Shown here one piece after another: positions 29,467-38,740 of a stretch of DNA of 64,000 nucleotides. The notes beneath the pieces were generated by a model. That model was not told the origin of the DNA and did not search any database. It saw only the letters and a list, made by a program, of their open reading frames with translations. Each line of letters starts with the position of its first letter. Position 1 is the first letter of the stretch. The translations under genes were made by a program, and so were the position numbers. The stretch comes from Candidatus Aenigmatarchaeota archaeon (GTDB lineage: Archaea > Aenigmatarchaeota > Aenigmatarchaeia > CG10238-14 > SCSR01), in NCBI GenBank assembly GCA_039000425.1, contig JAWBPV010000001.1:38-64037 (forward strand). Reading direction: 5' to 3'.

Positions 29467-30242
29467 AATTCCCTCAAACCATCTCTTAATTTTATTGGAT
29501 TTTTAACACATGGTCTTGTTGAAACAGAATATTTTATTATTTCATAAGGACGAGGTTTATATTTAATTTTTATATCTTTTTCCGTAATTTCTTTCATGAT
29601 TTCAACCAACTCATTTACAGAAGTTCCAATTCCCGTTCCGACCTCATAAACTCCTGACTTGTAATCTTTTTCGATAAAATCTTTGATTGTCTTTACAACA
29701 TCTTTCACATGGATATAATCTCTTACATATTCACCATCATCATATATCGTTAATGGTAAATTCTTATTTATCCTCTTTAAAAACTCTCTGACTATTCCCT
29801 TATCATTTCCTTCGCCATAAACATTGAAAATTCTTAAACTTATAACATTAATCCCATATAATCTACTATACAATTCACACAATTGTTCTCCATGTAATTT
29901 AGAAATTCCATATGGAGTTTTAAAACCTACAGCGGCAGAGGAAGCATTTATCACTTTCTTTATTTTCAATATTCTAGCTACCTCTAAAACATTTATTGTG
30001 CCTAAGATATTAGTTGTCAAATAATCCCAAGGTCTCTTAATCGATTCCGAGTCAAGACACAAAGCTGCTAGATGTACTATAACGTTAACTTTTCTTGAAT
30101 TTTTTAAGAGAGCTTCAAATCTTCTGATATCTTCTTTTGGACTATTCTTTATATCAAAAACTACGACTTCGTGTTCTTTAGATAATTCTTCGATTAAATG
30201 AGAACCTATGAATCCTTTTCCACCGGTAACTAATATTTTCAT
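29448..30242 (-). CDS. NAD-dependent epimerase/dehydratase (short-chain, UDP-sugar 4-epimerase-like)
   Basis: Rossmann GGKGFIGSHL N-terminus, YxxxK-type catalytic region. Confidence 0.7.
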   Translation of the reverse strand: MKILVTGGKGFIGSHLIEELSKEHEVVVFDIKNSPKEDIRRFEALLKNSRKVNVIVHLAALCLDSESIKRPWDYLTTNILGTINVLEVARILKIKKVINASSAAVGFKTPYGISKLHGEQLCELYSRLYGINVISLRIFNVYGEGNDKGIVREFLKRINKNLPLTIYDDGEYVRDYIHVKDVVKTIKDFIEKDYKSGVYEVGTGIGTSVNELVEIMKEITEKDIKIKYKPRPYEIIKYSVSTRPCVKNPIKLRDGLRELWEKSL

Positions 30243-30265
30243 TCATTCACTAAATTAGATATAAA

Positions 30266-30994
30266 TTAAAAACATTTTAAGTTTGATTTATTCGCCAACA
30301 TAAAAATTAATTGCCTGATCTCAAATCTAGGTCTCCATCTGAAAACTTCATTACTTGAGAACTTTATTGTTCCCTTATCTCCATTTATTGTAACTTGATA
30401 CCGATTATTTTCATTTAAAAATTTTATCCTTGGTTTAAAAGATATAATCCTTAAATTCTCCGGATATTTTTTTAACTTTTCTAGATAATTTTCATTATCT
30501 TCCAAATGATTTCCTTTAAGAATTTCGTAAACGAAACCATCAACATGTTTAAATACAGCCTGCTTCAACTCTGTTGCATGATTGGAGTAAATTTCTTGAA
30601 GTTGTTTAGAAGTGAGGGTTAGTTTCTTGAACTTAATTTTCAACAAACTTTCAAGAAAACGAACTATTTCTCTCGTTCTATTGTCAAAACCGCGATAAAC
30701 TTCCAATGTTTTTGAAAATAAATTTATAAAACAATATGTCCTTTTCAAAACTTTTTGCTTTCCGTTGCTCTTCAAAAAAGAAACTATTTCATGAATATCT
30801 TCCAAAATTATAGATTTTTTAAAAGCAGTTTCTATATCTTCGTAATACCAATACTGTAAGAAAACTTCTCCTTTACTGTACTTACTCTCTTTCGCGATCA
30901 ACCAACTATTTCCATTTCTCTTTTCATCTAGGGTATTAACTATTTCTTCAACATTCGGTAACTTTTCAAAGACAAACACAGTGATTACTGGCAT
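30266..30994 (-). CDS. Hypothetical protein
   Basis: 242 aa ORF, no recognisable motifs. Confidence 0.3.
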   Translation of the reverse strand: MPVITVFVFEKLPNVEEIVNTLDEKRNGNSWLIAKESKYSKGEVFLQYWYYEDIETAFKKSIILEDIHEIVSFLKSNGKQKVLKRTYCFINLFSKTLEVYRGFDNRTREIVRFLESLLKIKFKKLTLTSKQLQEIYSNHATELKQAVFKHVDGFVYEILKGNHLEDNENYLEKLKKYPENLRIISFKPRIKFLNENNRYQVTINGDKGTIKFSSNEVFRWRPRFEIRQLIFMLANKSNLKCF

Positions 30995-31052
30995 TTTTTA
31001 AAATTGAATAAAAATTATTAATATAATTTTTGAACTCACAAAACAAGTGAAA

Positions 31053-31529
31053 TCAATCTTTCCAAACTATTACCCTCGCGAACACTCTTCTTATCTCACC
31101 ATTCAAATCTTGAATAAGCATAGGCAGCTCATAAACAACTCGTGTTATTGAGCCAATTGGCATTTTACCGTAATATGGGGAAACTATTAATAGGGTGGAA
31201 TTTTGAAATTGATAACCAGTCGAATTCGTTACAGTTACTGTAACGAGGAAAGAACCAATTCTAGATGGGGCATTGAAAATACAGCTCCAATTGCCATAAG
31301 CATCGGTAGGAGGACAAGAATAGTTAACTCCATCAACACTTAAACTAACACTACCACTTACCCCAGTCCCATTTGAATATTTAGCAATTCCATTTGCTTT
31401 CACACTATCATTCCACCATACCTTTGTGGAGTTCAAATTTATTGTAACGCTACCTGAATTTAAAGCTATAGAAAAAACAGATAGTAAAAATATGATGATC
31501 AACGAAAGGATTAACAGCTTTATCTTCAT
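31053..31529 (-). CDS. Secreted hypothetical protein (signal peptide, N-glyc sequons)
   Basis: N-terminal hydrophobic signal MKIKLLILSLIIIFLLSVFS; NST/NGT/NYS sequons. Confidence 0.35.
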   Translation of the reverse strand: MKIKLLILSLIIIFLLSVFSIALNSGSVTINLNSTKVWWNDSVKANGIAKYSNGTGVSGSVSLSVDGVNYSCPPTDAYGNWSCIFNAPSRIGSFLVTVTVTNSTGYQFQNSTLLIVSPYYGKMPIGSITRVVYELPMLIQDLNGEIRRVFARVIVWKD

Positions 31530-31570
31530 ATTATTTATTAAGTCAATAGCTCAAATTAAATTGTGATGAT

Positions 31571-31984
31571 ATGGATGAAGAAAAAGAGCTGCAAGAAAAA
31601 GTGTTAGCACACAAGGTGATAGAAGCTAGGATAGAAGAATTGTTAAAACAAAGGGAAATATTGTTAAAAAACTTGGCCGAGATTGAAGAAACGATAGAAG
31701 GGATTGAAGAACTTAAAGAAAAAAATGATGTTCTTTTTTCCTTAGGTTCTCAAACCTACATTCCATGTAAAGTTGTTGAAAAAGATAAGATAATAGTTGA
31801 AATAGGAGCAGATGTTGCGATTGAGAAAAATTTGGAAGAAGGGAAGAAAATTTTGGAAAAAAGGAAGGAAGAAATTTCTCGATCTATAGCGAACATAGAA
31901 GCTGCTATAAGTCAACTTTCTTCTGGTCTAAAAGAATTGGGAAAAGAAATAAGAGAACTTATCGATAAAAGAAAGGCTGGTTAA
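31571..31984 (+). CDS. pfdA: Prefoldin alpha subunit
   Basis: Coiled coil - two beta hairpins - coiled coil layout, 137 aa; conserved position immediately upstream of ftsY. Confidence 0.65.
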   Translation: MDEEKELQEKVLAHKVIEARIEELLKQREILLKNLAEIEETIEGIEELKEKNDVLFSLGSQTYIPCKVVEKDKIIVEIGADVAIEKNLEEGKKILEKRKEEISRSIANIEAAISQLSSGLKELGKEIRELIDKRKAG

Positions 31985-32959
31985 ATGTTTGAAATTTTGA
32001 AGGATAAGTTGAAGAAAGTGGTAAAATCCATTTCTGAAAAAATAGAAAAGAAAGAAAAAGTTGAAGAAATTAAGGAAGAAAAAAGTGGGGGGATCTTTGA
32101 AAAAATAGTTAAAGTGATGAAAGAAAAAACACTGGAGGAGGAGGATGTTGAACTTATACTGGATGAATTTTCGATGGAGTTGATAGAGGCTGATGTAGCT
32201 TATGAGGTTGTTGAAAAAATCAAAGAAGATTTGAAAAAGAGTTTAATAGGTAGAGCTGTAAAAAAAGGAGAAGAAAAGAAATTTGTGTTAGAGGCTTTGA
32301 AGAAAAGCTTGTTGGAAATATTGTGTGTTCCTGAAATTGATTTAAAAAAGGCTGTGGAGAATAAAAAACCTTACATCATCTTGTTCCTAGGTTTTAACGG
32401 TAGTGGTAAAACTAGCTCGATCGTAAAGCTTGGGAAGTATTTGAAGGATAGTGGTTATTCTTGTGTTTTTGCAGCTTCGGATACTTTTAGAGCGGCAAGT
32501 ATAGAACAGTTGGAAGAACAAGCAAAGCCCATAGGCATTAAAGTTGTAAAACAAAAATACGGAGCAGATCCTGCTGCAGTAGCTTTCGATGCAATAGCCC
32601 ACGCTAAAGCTAATGGGATTCATTTCGTTTTAATAGATACTGCAGGGAGATCTCATACCAACAAAAACTTAATGGAACAGATGAAAAAAATAGTTAGAGT
32701 CGCAAAGCCTGATTTAAAGGTTTTAGTCGTCGATTCACTTACAGGGAATGATGCTGTATCCCAAGCGAGATTTTTTAACGAAATTGGAATTGATGCAGTT
32801 ATTTTCACAAAAGTTGATGTTAATGAAAAGGGTGGATCTATTCTTTCCGTACTTCATGAACTTAAAAAACCTGTTCTGTTCTTGAGCTCGGGCCAAGGAT
32901 ATGAAAATTTAGAAAAATTCGATCCTCAAAAATTTGTTGATAATTTGTTAGAGATTTAA
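31985..32959 (+). CDS. ftsY: Signal recognition particle receptor FtsY
   Basis: SRP-GTPase NG domain: GFNGSGKTS, DTAGR, TKVD motifs. Confidence 0.85.
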   Translation: MFEILKDKLKKVVKSISEKIEKKEKVEEIKEEKSGGIFEKIVKVMKEKTLEEEDVELILDEFSMELIEADVAYEVVEKIKEDLKKSLIGRAVKKGEEKKFVLEALKKSLLEILCVPEIDLKKAVENKKPYIILFLGFNGSGKTSSIVKLGKYLKDSGYSCVFAASDTFRAASIEQLEEQAKPIGIKVVKQKYGADPAAVAFDAIAHAKANGIHFVLIDTAGRSHTNKNLMEQMKKIVRVAKPDLKVLVVDSLTGNDAVSQARFFNEIGIDAVIFTKVDVNEKGGSILSVLHELKKPVLFLSSGQGYENLEKFDPQKFVDNLLEI

Positions 32960-32981
32960 TTTAAATATAACACTCAAATTA

Positions 32982-34310
32982 TTGATTATGTTTGAAATTA
33001 TAGGTAAAGGACTTTCCAGTATAATAAAAAGGTTGATATCTTCAACTAGTGTTGATAAAAAAAATGTTGAAGAATTGTTGAAAGATTTGAAGAAAGTGTT
33101 GCTACAAGCAGATGTAGAGGTGTATTTGGTTGAAGAGTTATTAGAGAAAATTAAAAAAAGGTGTTTAGAAGAGAAAATTCCAGCGGGTTTGACTTTACGC
33201 GAACATTTACTTAAAACAATTTATGAAGAACTAGTTAAACTTCTTGGAGAAAAACAAGCCAAATTGATTGGTAAGAAAAAAATAATGCTCGTCGGCCTCT
33301 TTGGTAGTGGTAAGACAACTTCGGCAGGTAAGCTCGCATATTACTTACAAAAACAAGGTTTTAAAACTGCGTTGGTTGGTTTGGATTACCACAGACCTGC
33401 TGCACCAGAGCAACTTCAACAAATAGCAAAAAATATCAACGTTCCTGTTCATGTCAGTGAAAGTAAAAATCCTTTTGTTGCTGCGATTGAAGGATTGAAA
33501 AAGTTTGAGAAATATGATGTAATAATCTTTGATACAGCAGGAAGAAATGCATTGGATAAAGAACTTGCCGGAGAACTCAAAAAACTTGGAGAATTGATAA
33601 AACCTGATGAAGTTATCTTAACCATACCTGCAGATCTCGGAAAAATTGCTAGATCTCAATCTGAAGAATTCAACAAGCTTGTTGGTATAACGGGTATATT
33701 CATAACGAAAATGGATGGTACAGCTAAAGGTGGTGGTGCGATCGCAGCTTGTTCAGTAACTAGAGCCAAAGTCAAATTTTTAGGTTTTGGTGAGCATTTG
33801 GAAGATTTAGAACCTTACGATCCTGAGAGATTCGTTTCAAGACTTTTGGGTTTAGGCGATTTACAGACTTTATTGGAAAAAGTGAAAGAAGTTGAGATAA
33901 AACCGGAGAAAGTTGAAAAAATAGTTGAAGGTAAATTCACGTTGCAAGATTTTGTAGAACAATTAGAATCGATAAGTAAAATTGGTCCGCTTAGTAAAAT
34001 GGTTAGTATGATCCCTGGCTTGGGGATGAAGGTCCCGGAAGATGTCATCCAAAAACAAGAGGAAAAGATAAAACATTTCAAGTACATAATTCAATCCATG
34101 ACTAAGCAAGAAAGGGAAAATCCAGAAATAATAAACGCTTCTAGAATAGCTAGGATAGCAAAAGGTAGCGGAAGACCTGAGAGTGAGGTCAGGGAGTTGC
34201 TCCATCAGTATGAACAAATGAAAAAAATGATGAAAATGTTTGGTGGGAAAGCTGGTTTAGAAAGGGGTGTTCTTGCAAAGATGATGAAACAGTTGGGTTT
34301 AAATTTATGA
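32982..34310 (+). CDS. srp54: Signal recognition particle protein SRP54
   Basis: NG domain GLFGSGKTT, DTAGR, TKMD; Met-rich M domain at C-terminus. Confidence 0.9.
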   Translation: MIMFEIIGKGLSSIIKRLISSTSVDKKNVEELLKDLKKVLLQADVEVYLVEELLEKIKKRCLEEKIPAGLTLREHLLKTIYEELVKLLGEKQAKLIGKKKIMLVGLFGSGKTTSAGKLAYYLQKQGFKTALVGLDYHRPAAPEQLQQIAKNINVPVHVSESKNPFVAAIEGLKKFEKYDVIIFDTAGRNALDKELAGELKKLGELIKPDEVILTIPADLGKIARSQSEEFNKLVGITGIFITKMDGTAKGGGAIAACSVTRAKVKFLGFGEHLEDLEPYDPERFVSRLLGLGDLQTLLEKVKEVEIKPEKVEKIVEGKFTLQDFVEQLESISKIGPLSKMVSMIPGLGMKVPEDVIQKQEEKIKHFKYIIQSMTKQERENPEIINASRIARIAKGSGRPESEVRELLHQYEQMKKMMKMFGGKAGLERGVLAKMMKQLGLNL

Positions 34311-34900
34311 GGGAATTCATCCTTAAAGCATCTAAAGCTTTCACAACCCCTTTCAACTTGAACGATTTGTTCAACGCAGGTAGGATGGATTTGGTTTGTA
34401 GATGTATATCTAACGCTTTCTTCGTTTCAGAAGCTTTAAGGAAAGATGTGATTTTTCATGTTGTTCTTGAAGGTCCAAAAAGACCACCAAAACTGATGAG
34501 TTTCTTCGGTGAGGATTTGAAGAACATAAAGCCAGATGAAAGAAATATTGGAAGTATAATAAACCGGGCACTTGAATTGGGTTTAAAACTTGAAAAAGGG
34601 GAAATAATTGAAATATCGGACGGAATTTTCATATCAAAGAAAAGTTTCGAAGAATTGTTGAAAGAAAAATTAGGTAAAAAACAAATTCTTTACCTTCACC
34701 CAAAGGGTGTAGATATAAGGGAGTTTAATTTCGAAAAAGATTTTTGCTTCATCCTAGGCGACCATAGAGGTTTGCCGAAAAAGACTGAAAATTTGTTGGA
34801 AAGGATTGGTGCTGAAAGGGTTTCGGTCGGTAAAGTAACTTACTTATCTTCTCAAGTAATAGTGATATGTCACAATGAACTCGATAGAAGAAATTTATAA
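34307..34900 (+). CDS. SPOUT methyltransferase, TrmY-like (tRNA Psi54 N1-methyltransferase family, COG1901)
   Basis: MREFILKASKAFT...GRMDLVCRCISNAFFVSEALRKD...VLEGP matches TrmY family N-terminal signature. Confidence 0.6.
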   Translation: MREFILKASKAFTTPFNLNDLFNAGRMDLVCRCISNAFFVSEALRKDVIFHVVLEGPKRPPKLMSFFGEDLKNIKPDERNIGSIINRALELGLKLEKGEIIEISDGIFISKKSFEELLKEKLGKKQILYLHPKGVDIREFNFEKDFCFILGDHRGLPKKTENLLERIGAERVSVGKVTYLSSQVIVICHNELDRRNL

Positions 34901-34923
34901 CTTTTTGAATAATTATAAATTAA

Positions 34924-35340
34924 ATGAAATTCAGAGTTTGGTTTCTATTTCCGATTTTAATCATTCTAATCATGTTAATCAGTTACATCTTCTTCACACC
35001 AAGAGATCTTTACAGAAATGATTGTAAAAAGAATTTAACAGTTAACCTTATGTTTGTGTATTCTTATGGTTGTCCTCATTGCAAAGCCGAGTTACTCAAG
35101 ATTAAGAGTTTAAACTTGAGTAACGAGTTTTATATGGTGGATGCCAATGATGCAAGTTGTGAAAATATGATTAAACAATATTCCGATTACTTGATTTACC
35201 ACAAGAATTCTAACATTCCCTCTAAAATCGGTTTAATGGTCCCGACAAAAATTTGTTTAAAAAACAATAAAACTCATGTTGGTGAAATGGAGGAAGAAGA
35301 GCTTAAGCAATTTTATGAATCTTGTGTTAACAAAACGTAA
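34924..35340 (+). CDS. Membrane-anchored thioredoxin-fold protein (CPHC active site)
   Basis: N-terminal TM helix then YGCPHCKAE CxxC motif. Confidence 0.45.
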   Translation: MKFRVWFLFPILIILIMLISYIFFTPRDLYRNDCKKNLTVNLMFVYSYGCPHCKAELLKIKSLNLSNEFYMVDANDASCENMIKQYSDYLIYHKNSNIPSKIGLMVPTKICLKNNKTHVGEMEEEELKQFYESCVNKT

Positions 35341-35357
35341 ATAAAAGAGATTATAAA

Positions 35358-36263
35358 TTGATAAGTATGATTTACGTCGTAGGACATAAAGCACCTGACA
35401 CGGATAGTGTATGCTCGGCAATAGTTTACGCTGGTTTGAAAGGTTTTAAGCCAGTCGTGGCTGGAGAAATAAACGAAGAAACTAAGTATGTTCTAGATTA
35501 CTTTAAAGTACCAATTCCTGAAAAAATAGAAAATGCTAGTGGGAAAACTCTTGTTCTTGTCGATCATAATGAGCCTTCTCAAAGAGTTGATGGTGCTGAA
35601 AAAATAATCGCAATAATCGATCATCATAAAATGAACTTCAATTATCCAGAGCCAATTTTCGTGCACGTAGAGCCTGTTGGTAGCACAGCCACGATTATAG
35701 CAAAAATGTTTCTAGAGGAAATAAAGAAGGATGAAACTTATTCTGGTTTGTTACTTGCTGCAATTTTATCAGATACTGTTGTTTTCAAATCACCAACAAC
35801 TACTGAAGATGACAGGAAAATCGCAGAAGAATTGGCAAAAGTGGCAAAAATTCCAGATATGATTAAATTCGGTATTGAGATAAAAAAAGTTAAAACAAAC
35901 ATAAAAAATAGGGAGATTCCGGATATAATACTTGAAGATTTTAAGGATTATGAATTTTTTGGAAAGAAAGTCGGGATAGGGCAAGTTGAAGTTGTTGATT
36001 TAGAAGAAGTGGAAGAAAGGAAAGGAGAAATATTAGATTTTCTAAAAAAGCTTAAAGAAGATAGGGGTTATGAAATAGTCCTCTTCATGGCAACTGACAT
36101 AATGAAAGAAGGTACTGAATTGTATTTCGTTGGGAATCATATCATAGTGGAAAAAGCATTTGGTTTTAAACTTGAAGGGAACTCGATTTGGCTTCCAGGA
36201 GTGATGTCGAGGAAGAAACAAGTTGTTCCTGGAATAGAAAAAGCTTGTTCAGAAAATTACTAA
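35358..36263 (+). CDS. ppaC: Manganese-dependent inorganic pyrophosphatase (family II, DHH-DHHA2)
   Basis: HKAPDTDSVCSAIVYA, DHN, DHHK motifs; ~300 aa. Confidence 0.75.
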   Translation: MISMIYVVGHKAPDTDSVCSAIVYAGLKGFKPVVAGEINEETKYVLDYFKVPIPEKIENASGKTLVLVDHNEPSQRVDGAEKIIAIIDHHKMNFNYPEPIFVHVEPVGSTATIIAKMFLEEIKKDETYSGLLLAAILSDTVVFKSPTTTEDDRKIAEELAKVAKIPDMIKFGIEIKKVKTNIKNREIPDIILEDFKDYEFFGKKVGIGQVEVVDLEEVEERKGEILDFLKKLKEDRGYEIVLFMATDIMKEGTELYFVGNHIIVEKAFGFKLEGNSIWLPGVMSRKKQVVPGIEKACSENY

Positions 36264-36300
36264 TTTTTTCAATTTTATTTAAAGCTAAAATAGTGATAAG

Positions 36301-37578
36301 ATGAAGTTGGAAGAAAAAATCGTTGAAACTTTGAAGTTGGGCTTCATCTGTGATTCGTGTCTTGGAAGGATTTGTGGGAATTTATTGAGTGGTTTTTCCA
36401 ACATGGAAAGGGGTAAAATTTTGAGGAGCTACATGGCCTTTCTCCTAGATTCTGGAGAAAAAATAGAAGTTGATATGAGCAATTTTTTTGGAATAAAGTT
36501 TAAGAACTTTAGAATAGAAACAAAAAAACCTGAGAAATGTAAGATATGCCAGAATTTTTTTACAGAAGAAATCGAAACTTGGGTAAAAAAAATTGTAGAA
36601 GAAGTGAAAGGGATAGAGTTTGAAACTTTTCTTATAGGATCTATACCGAGAGATGAAATGTTGAGGGAAGAAGAAAAGCTTTTTGAGAGAATAGGGATAG
36701 AATTTGTTGAATCCATAAAGAGTGAAATAAATAGGGAAATTGGCAAGAAAGTAGAAAAAGCTACTGGTAAAAAATTCTCATCCAAAAACCCAGATTTAAC
36801 CTTGATAGTAAACTTGAAAACTGGTAAAATAAAGAAAGAGATAAGGAGTTTGTTCATATATGGTGAATATAAAAAGTTTGCGAGAAATATACCACAATCC
36901 AAGTGGTTATGTCCCAAATGTAAAGGTAAAGGCTGCACTTCTTGTGAAGGTACGGGTAAACTTTATCCAACATCGATTCAAGAAATAATAGAAAAACCTT
37001 TCCTCAAACTCACCAAAGCAAAAAAAACATCTTTTCATTGTTCGGGAAGAGAAGATATAGACGCCAGATGTCTTGACGGAAGACCTTTTGTGATAGAAAT
37101 AATAAAACCTATCAAGAGGAAAATTGATCTAAAAAAAGTGGAAAGGGAGATAAACAAGTCGAAGAAAGTAAAAGTAAAGCTCTTTGGGTTTGTGGATAAG
37201 AGGTTTGTTGTTAAGATAAAGGGTGAAAAATTTGATAAGACTTACTTGGCTGAAGTTGAATTTGAGAATGAATTGGATAAAAATAGGATTAGAGATTTGA
37301 AAAAATTGGAAGGTATGATTATATCTCAGAGAACACCGTTGAGAATTATCCACAGGAAATCTGACAAAGTCAGGAGAAGGGTTGTGAAAAAAATAAGTTG
37401 GAAAATTGTTGGGAAGAGGAAATGTATTTTCAAGATAAGGACCCAATCCGGGCTTTACGTAAAAGAGCTGATATCAGGTGATATGGGAAGAACATCGCCA
37501 AGTATAGCAGAATTAATATCTAACAAACCAAAAAAGATAAAGTTGGATGTGATAAAAATTCATAAGGGAGAAAGATGA
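36301..37578 (+). CDS. pus10: tRNA pseudouridine synthase Pus10 (Psi54/Psi55)
   Basis: N-terminal Zn-binding CxxC pairs (THUMP-like), catalytic GREDIDARCLDGRPF motif. Confidence 0.75.
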   Translation: MKLEEKIVETLKLGFICDSCLGRICGNLLSGFSNMERGKILRSYMAFLLDSGEKIEVDMSNFFGIKFKNFRIETKKPEKCKICQNFFTEEIETWVKKIVEEVKGIEFETFLIGSIPRDEMLREEEKLFERIGIEFVESIKSEINREIGKKVEKATGKKFSSKNPDLTLIVNLKTGKIKKEIRSLFIYGEYKKFARNIPQSKWLCPKCKGKGCTSCEGTGKLYPTSIQEIIEKPFLKLTKAKKTSFHCSGREDIDARCLDGRPFVIEIIKPIKRKIDLKKVEREINKSKKVKVKLFGFVDKRFVVKIKGEKFDKTYLAEVEFENELDKNRIRDLKKLEGMIISQRTPLRIIHRKSDKVRRRVVKKISWKIVGKRKCIFKIRTQSGLYVKELISGDMGRTSPSIAELISNKPKKIKLDVIKIHKGER

Positions 37579-37859
37579 AGAAATCCAGGGGAATGAGAAT
37601 AAAAACTAGGAAAACTTTAAAACAAGAGCCTGGTTACAGGCCACCTGTAACAAAGTTCTTGAGGGAATTTAACATAGGCCAAAAAGTCGTTATAAACCAA
37701 GAACCTTCTTCCCATAAAGGAATGCCACATCCAAGGTATAAAGGTAGGGTAGGTACGGTGATAGGAAAAAGGGGAAAAAGTTATATTGTCGAAATAACAA
37801 ATGGGGATAAAGCGAAAAAGATAATTTCAAGACCAGAACACTTAAAGGTGGTAAAATGA
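37575..37859 (+). CDS. rpl21e: Ribosomal protein L21e
   Basis: KSRGMRIKTRK...GYRPPVTKFL...HKGMPHPRYKGRVGTVIG signature. Confidence 0.8.
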   Translation: MKKSRGMRIKTRKTLKQEPGYRPPVTKFLREFNIGQKVVINQEPSSHKGMPHPRYKGRVGTVIGKRGKSYIVEITNGDKAKKIISRPEHLKVVK

Positions 37860-38179
37860 ATGTGTTATCGGAAAAAGATGTAACTAATGTGGAAGCAAAA
37901 GAGATACTGGAAGAAAGGGAAAAAGAGAAAGAGCTGAAGTATGAGCAAAAAGTTACTCTCGCTCTACTCAGGAAAACATGTAGATTCGATGTAGAAAAGG
38001 TTAGAAAAATAGTTGAAGAATTGAAGTCTATAGAGAGGTTGAGAGAAAAGCAAATAGTCGCTATTGCTAATTTCTTACCTGAAGATAGGGATGAGTTACG
38101 TGCGATATTGCAAAAAGAATACACAGCACTTACAGAAGAAGAAATAGATAAAATCCTGGAAATAGTTAAAAAAGTTTGA
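37856..38179 (+). CDS. rpoF: RNA polymerase subunit Rpo4/F (probable)
   Basis: 107 aa acidic helical protein in the conserved rpl21e-rpoF-DUF655 neighbourhood. Confidence 0.5.
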   Translation: MNVLSEKDVTNVEAKEILEEREKEKELKYEQKVTLALLRKTCRFDVEKVRKIVEELKSIERLREKQIVAIANFLPEDRDELRAILQKEYTALTEEEIDKILEIVKKV

Positions 38180-38183
38180 TTTC

Positions 38184-38738
38184 TTGGTGATCTTCATGAA
38201 AGAAGAATTTGCGATAATACTTGATTTTTTTCCTCATGGAAAACCAGGTGATAGGAGAGCTGAGCCTGTGGCACAAGTTATCGGTGAAAAGCTCTTCACT
38301 TTGCTTGAAGTGGTGATAAAAGAGGGGAAAAATGTTAAACCTGGTGATAAAATTTACATAGGTGAAGGTAAGTGGGATGTCGTGAAATACATAAGGGGAA
38401 AGATAAAATATTCAGATCTGACAAATTTTGCCAAGAACGAACTTGAAAATGTCATAAACAACTTGGTTACAAACAACGAAGCCAGGTTTGTTAACTTTTT
38501 TAACAAAGCTGTACCTTTAAGCACTCGTTCACACATGTTAGAGTTGTTACCGGGAATCGGAAAAAAACATTTGTGGGAAATCTTGTCTAAAAGAAAAGAA
38601 GAGCCATTCAAGAGTTTTCAAGATCTGCAAGAAAGGGTTGAAATGTTGCCAGATCCGAAGAAGATGATAGTTAGGAGAATAATAAGTGAACTTGAAGAAA
38701 AGGATAGGCATAAAATTTTTGTTGGTGGGTTGTTTTAA
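38184..38738 (+). CDS. DUF655-family protein (archaeal, HhH-containing, rpoF-linked)
   Basis: ILDFFPHGKPGDRR N-terminus and LPGIGKK helix-hairpin-helix; true start probably MKEEF at ~38199. Confidence 0.55.
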   Translation: MVIFMKEEFAIILDFFPHGKPGDRRAEPVAQVIGEKLFTLLEVVIKEGKNVKPGDKIYIGEGKWDVVKYIRGKIKYSDLTNFAKNELENVINNLVTNNEARFVNFFNKAVPLSTRSHMLELLPGIGKKHLWEILSKRKEEPFKSFQDLQERVEMLPDPKKMIVRRIISELEEKDRHKIFVGGLF

Positions 38739-38740
38739 AT

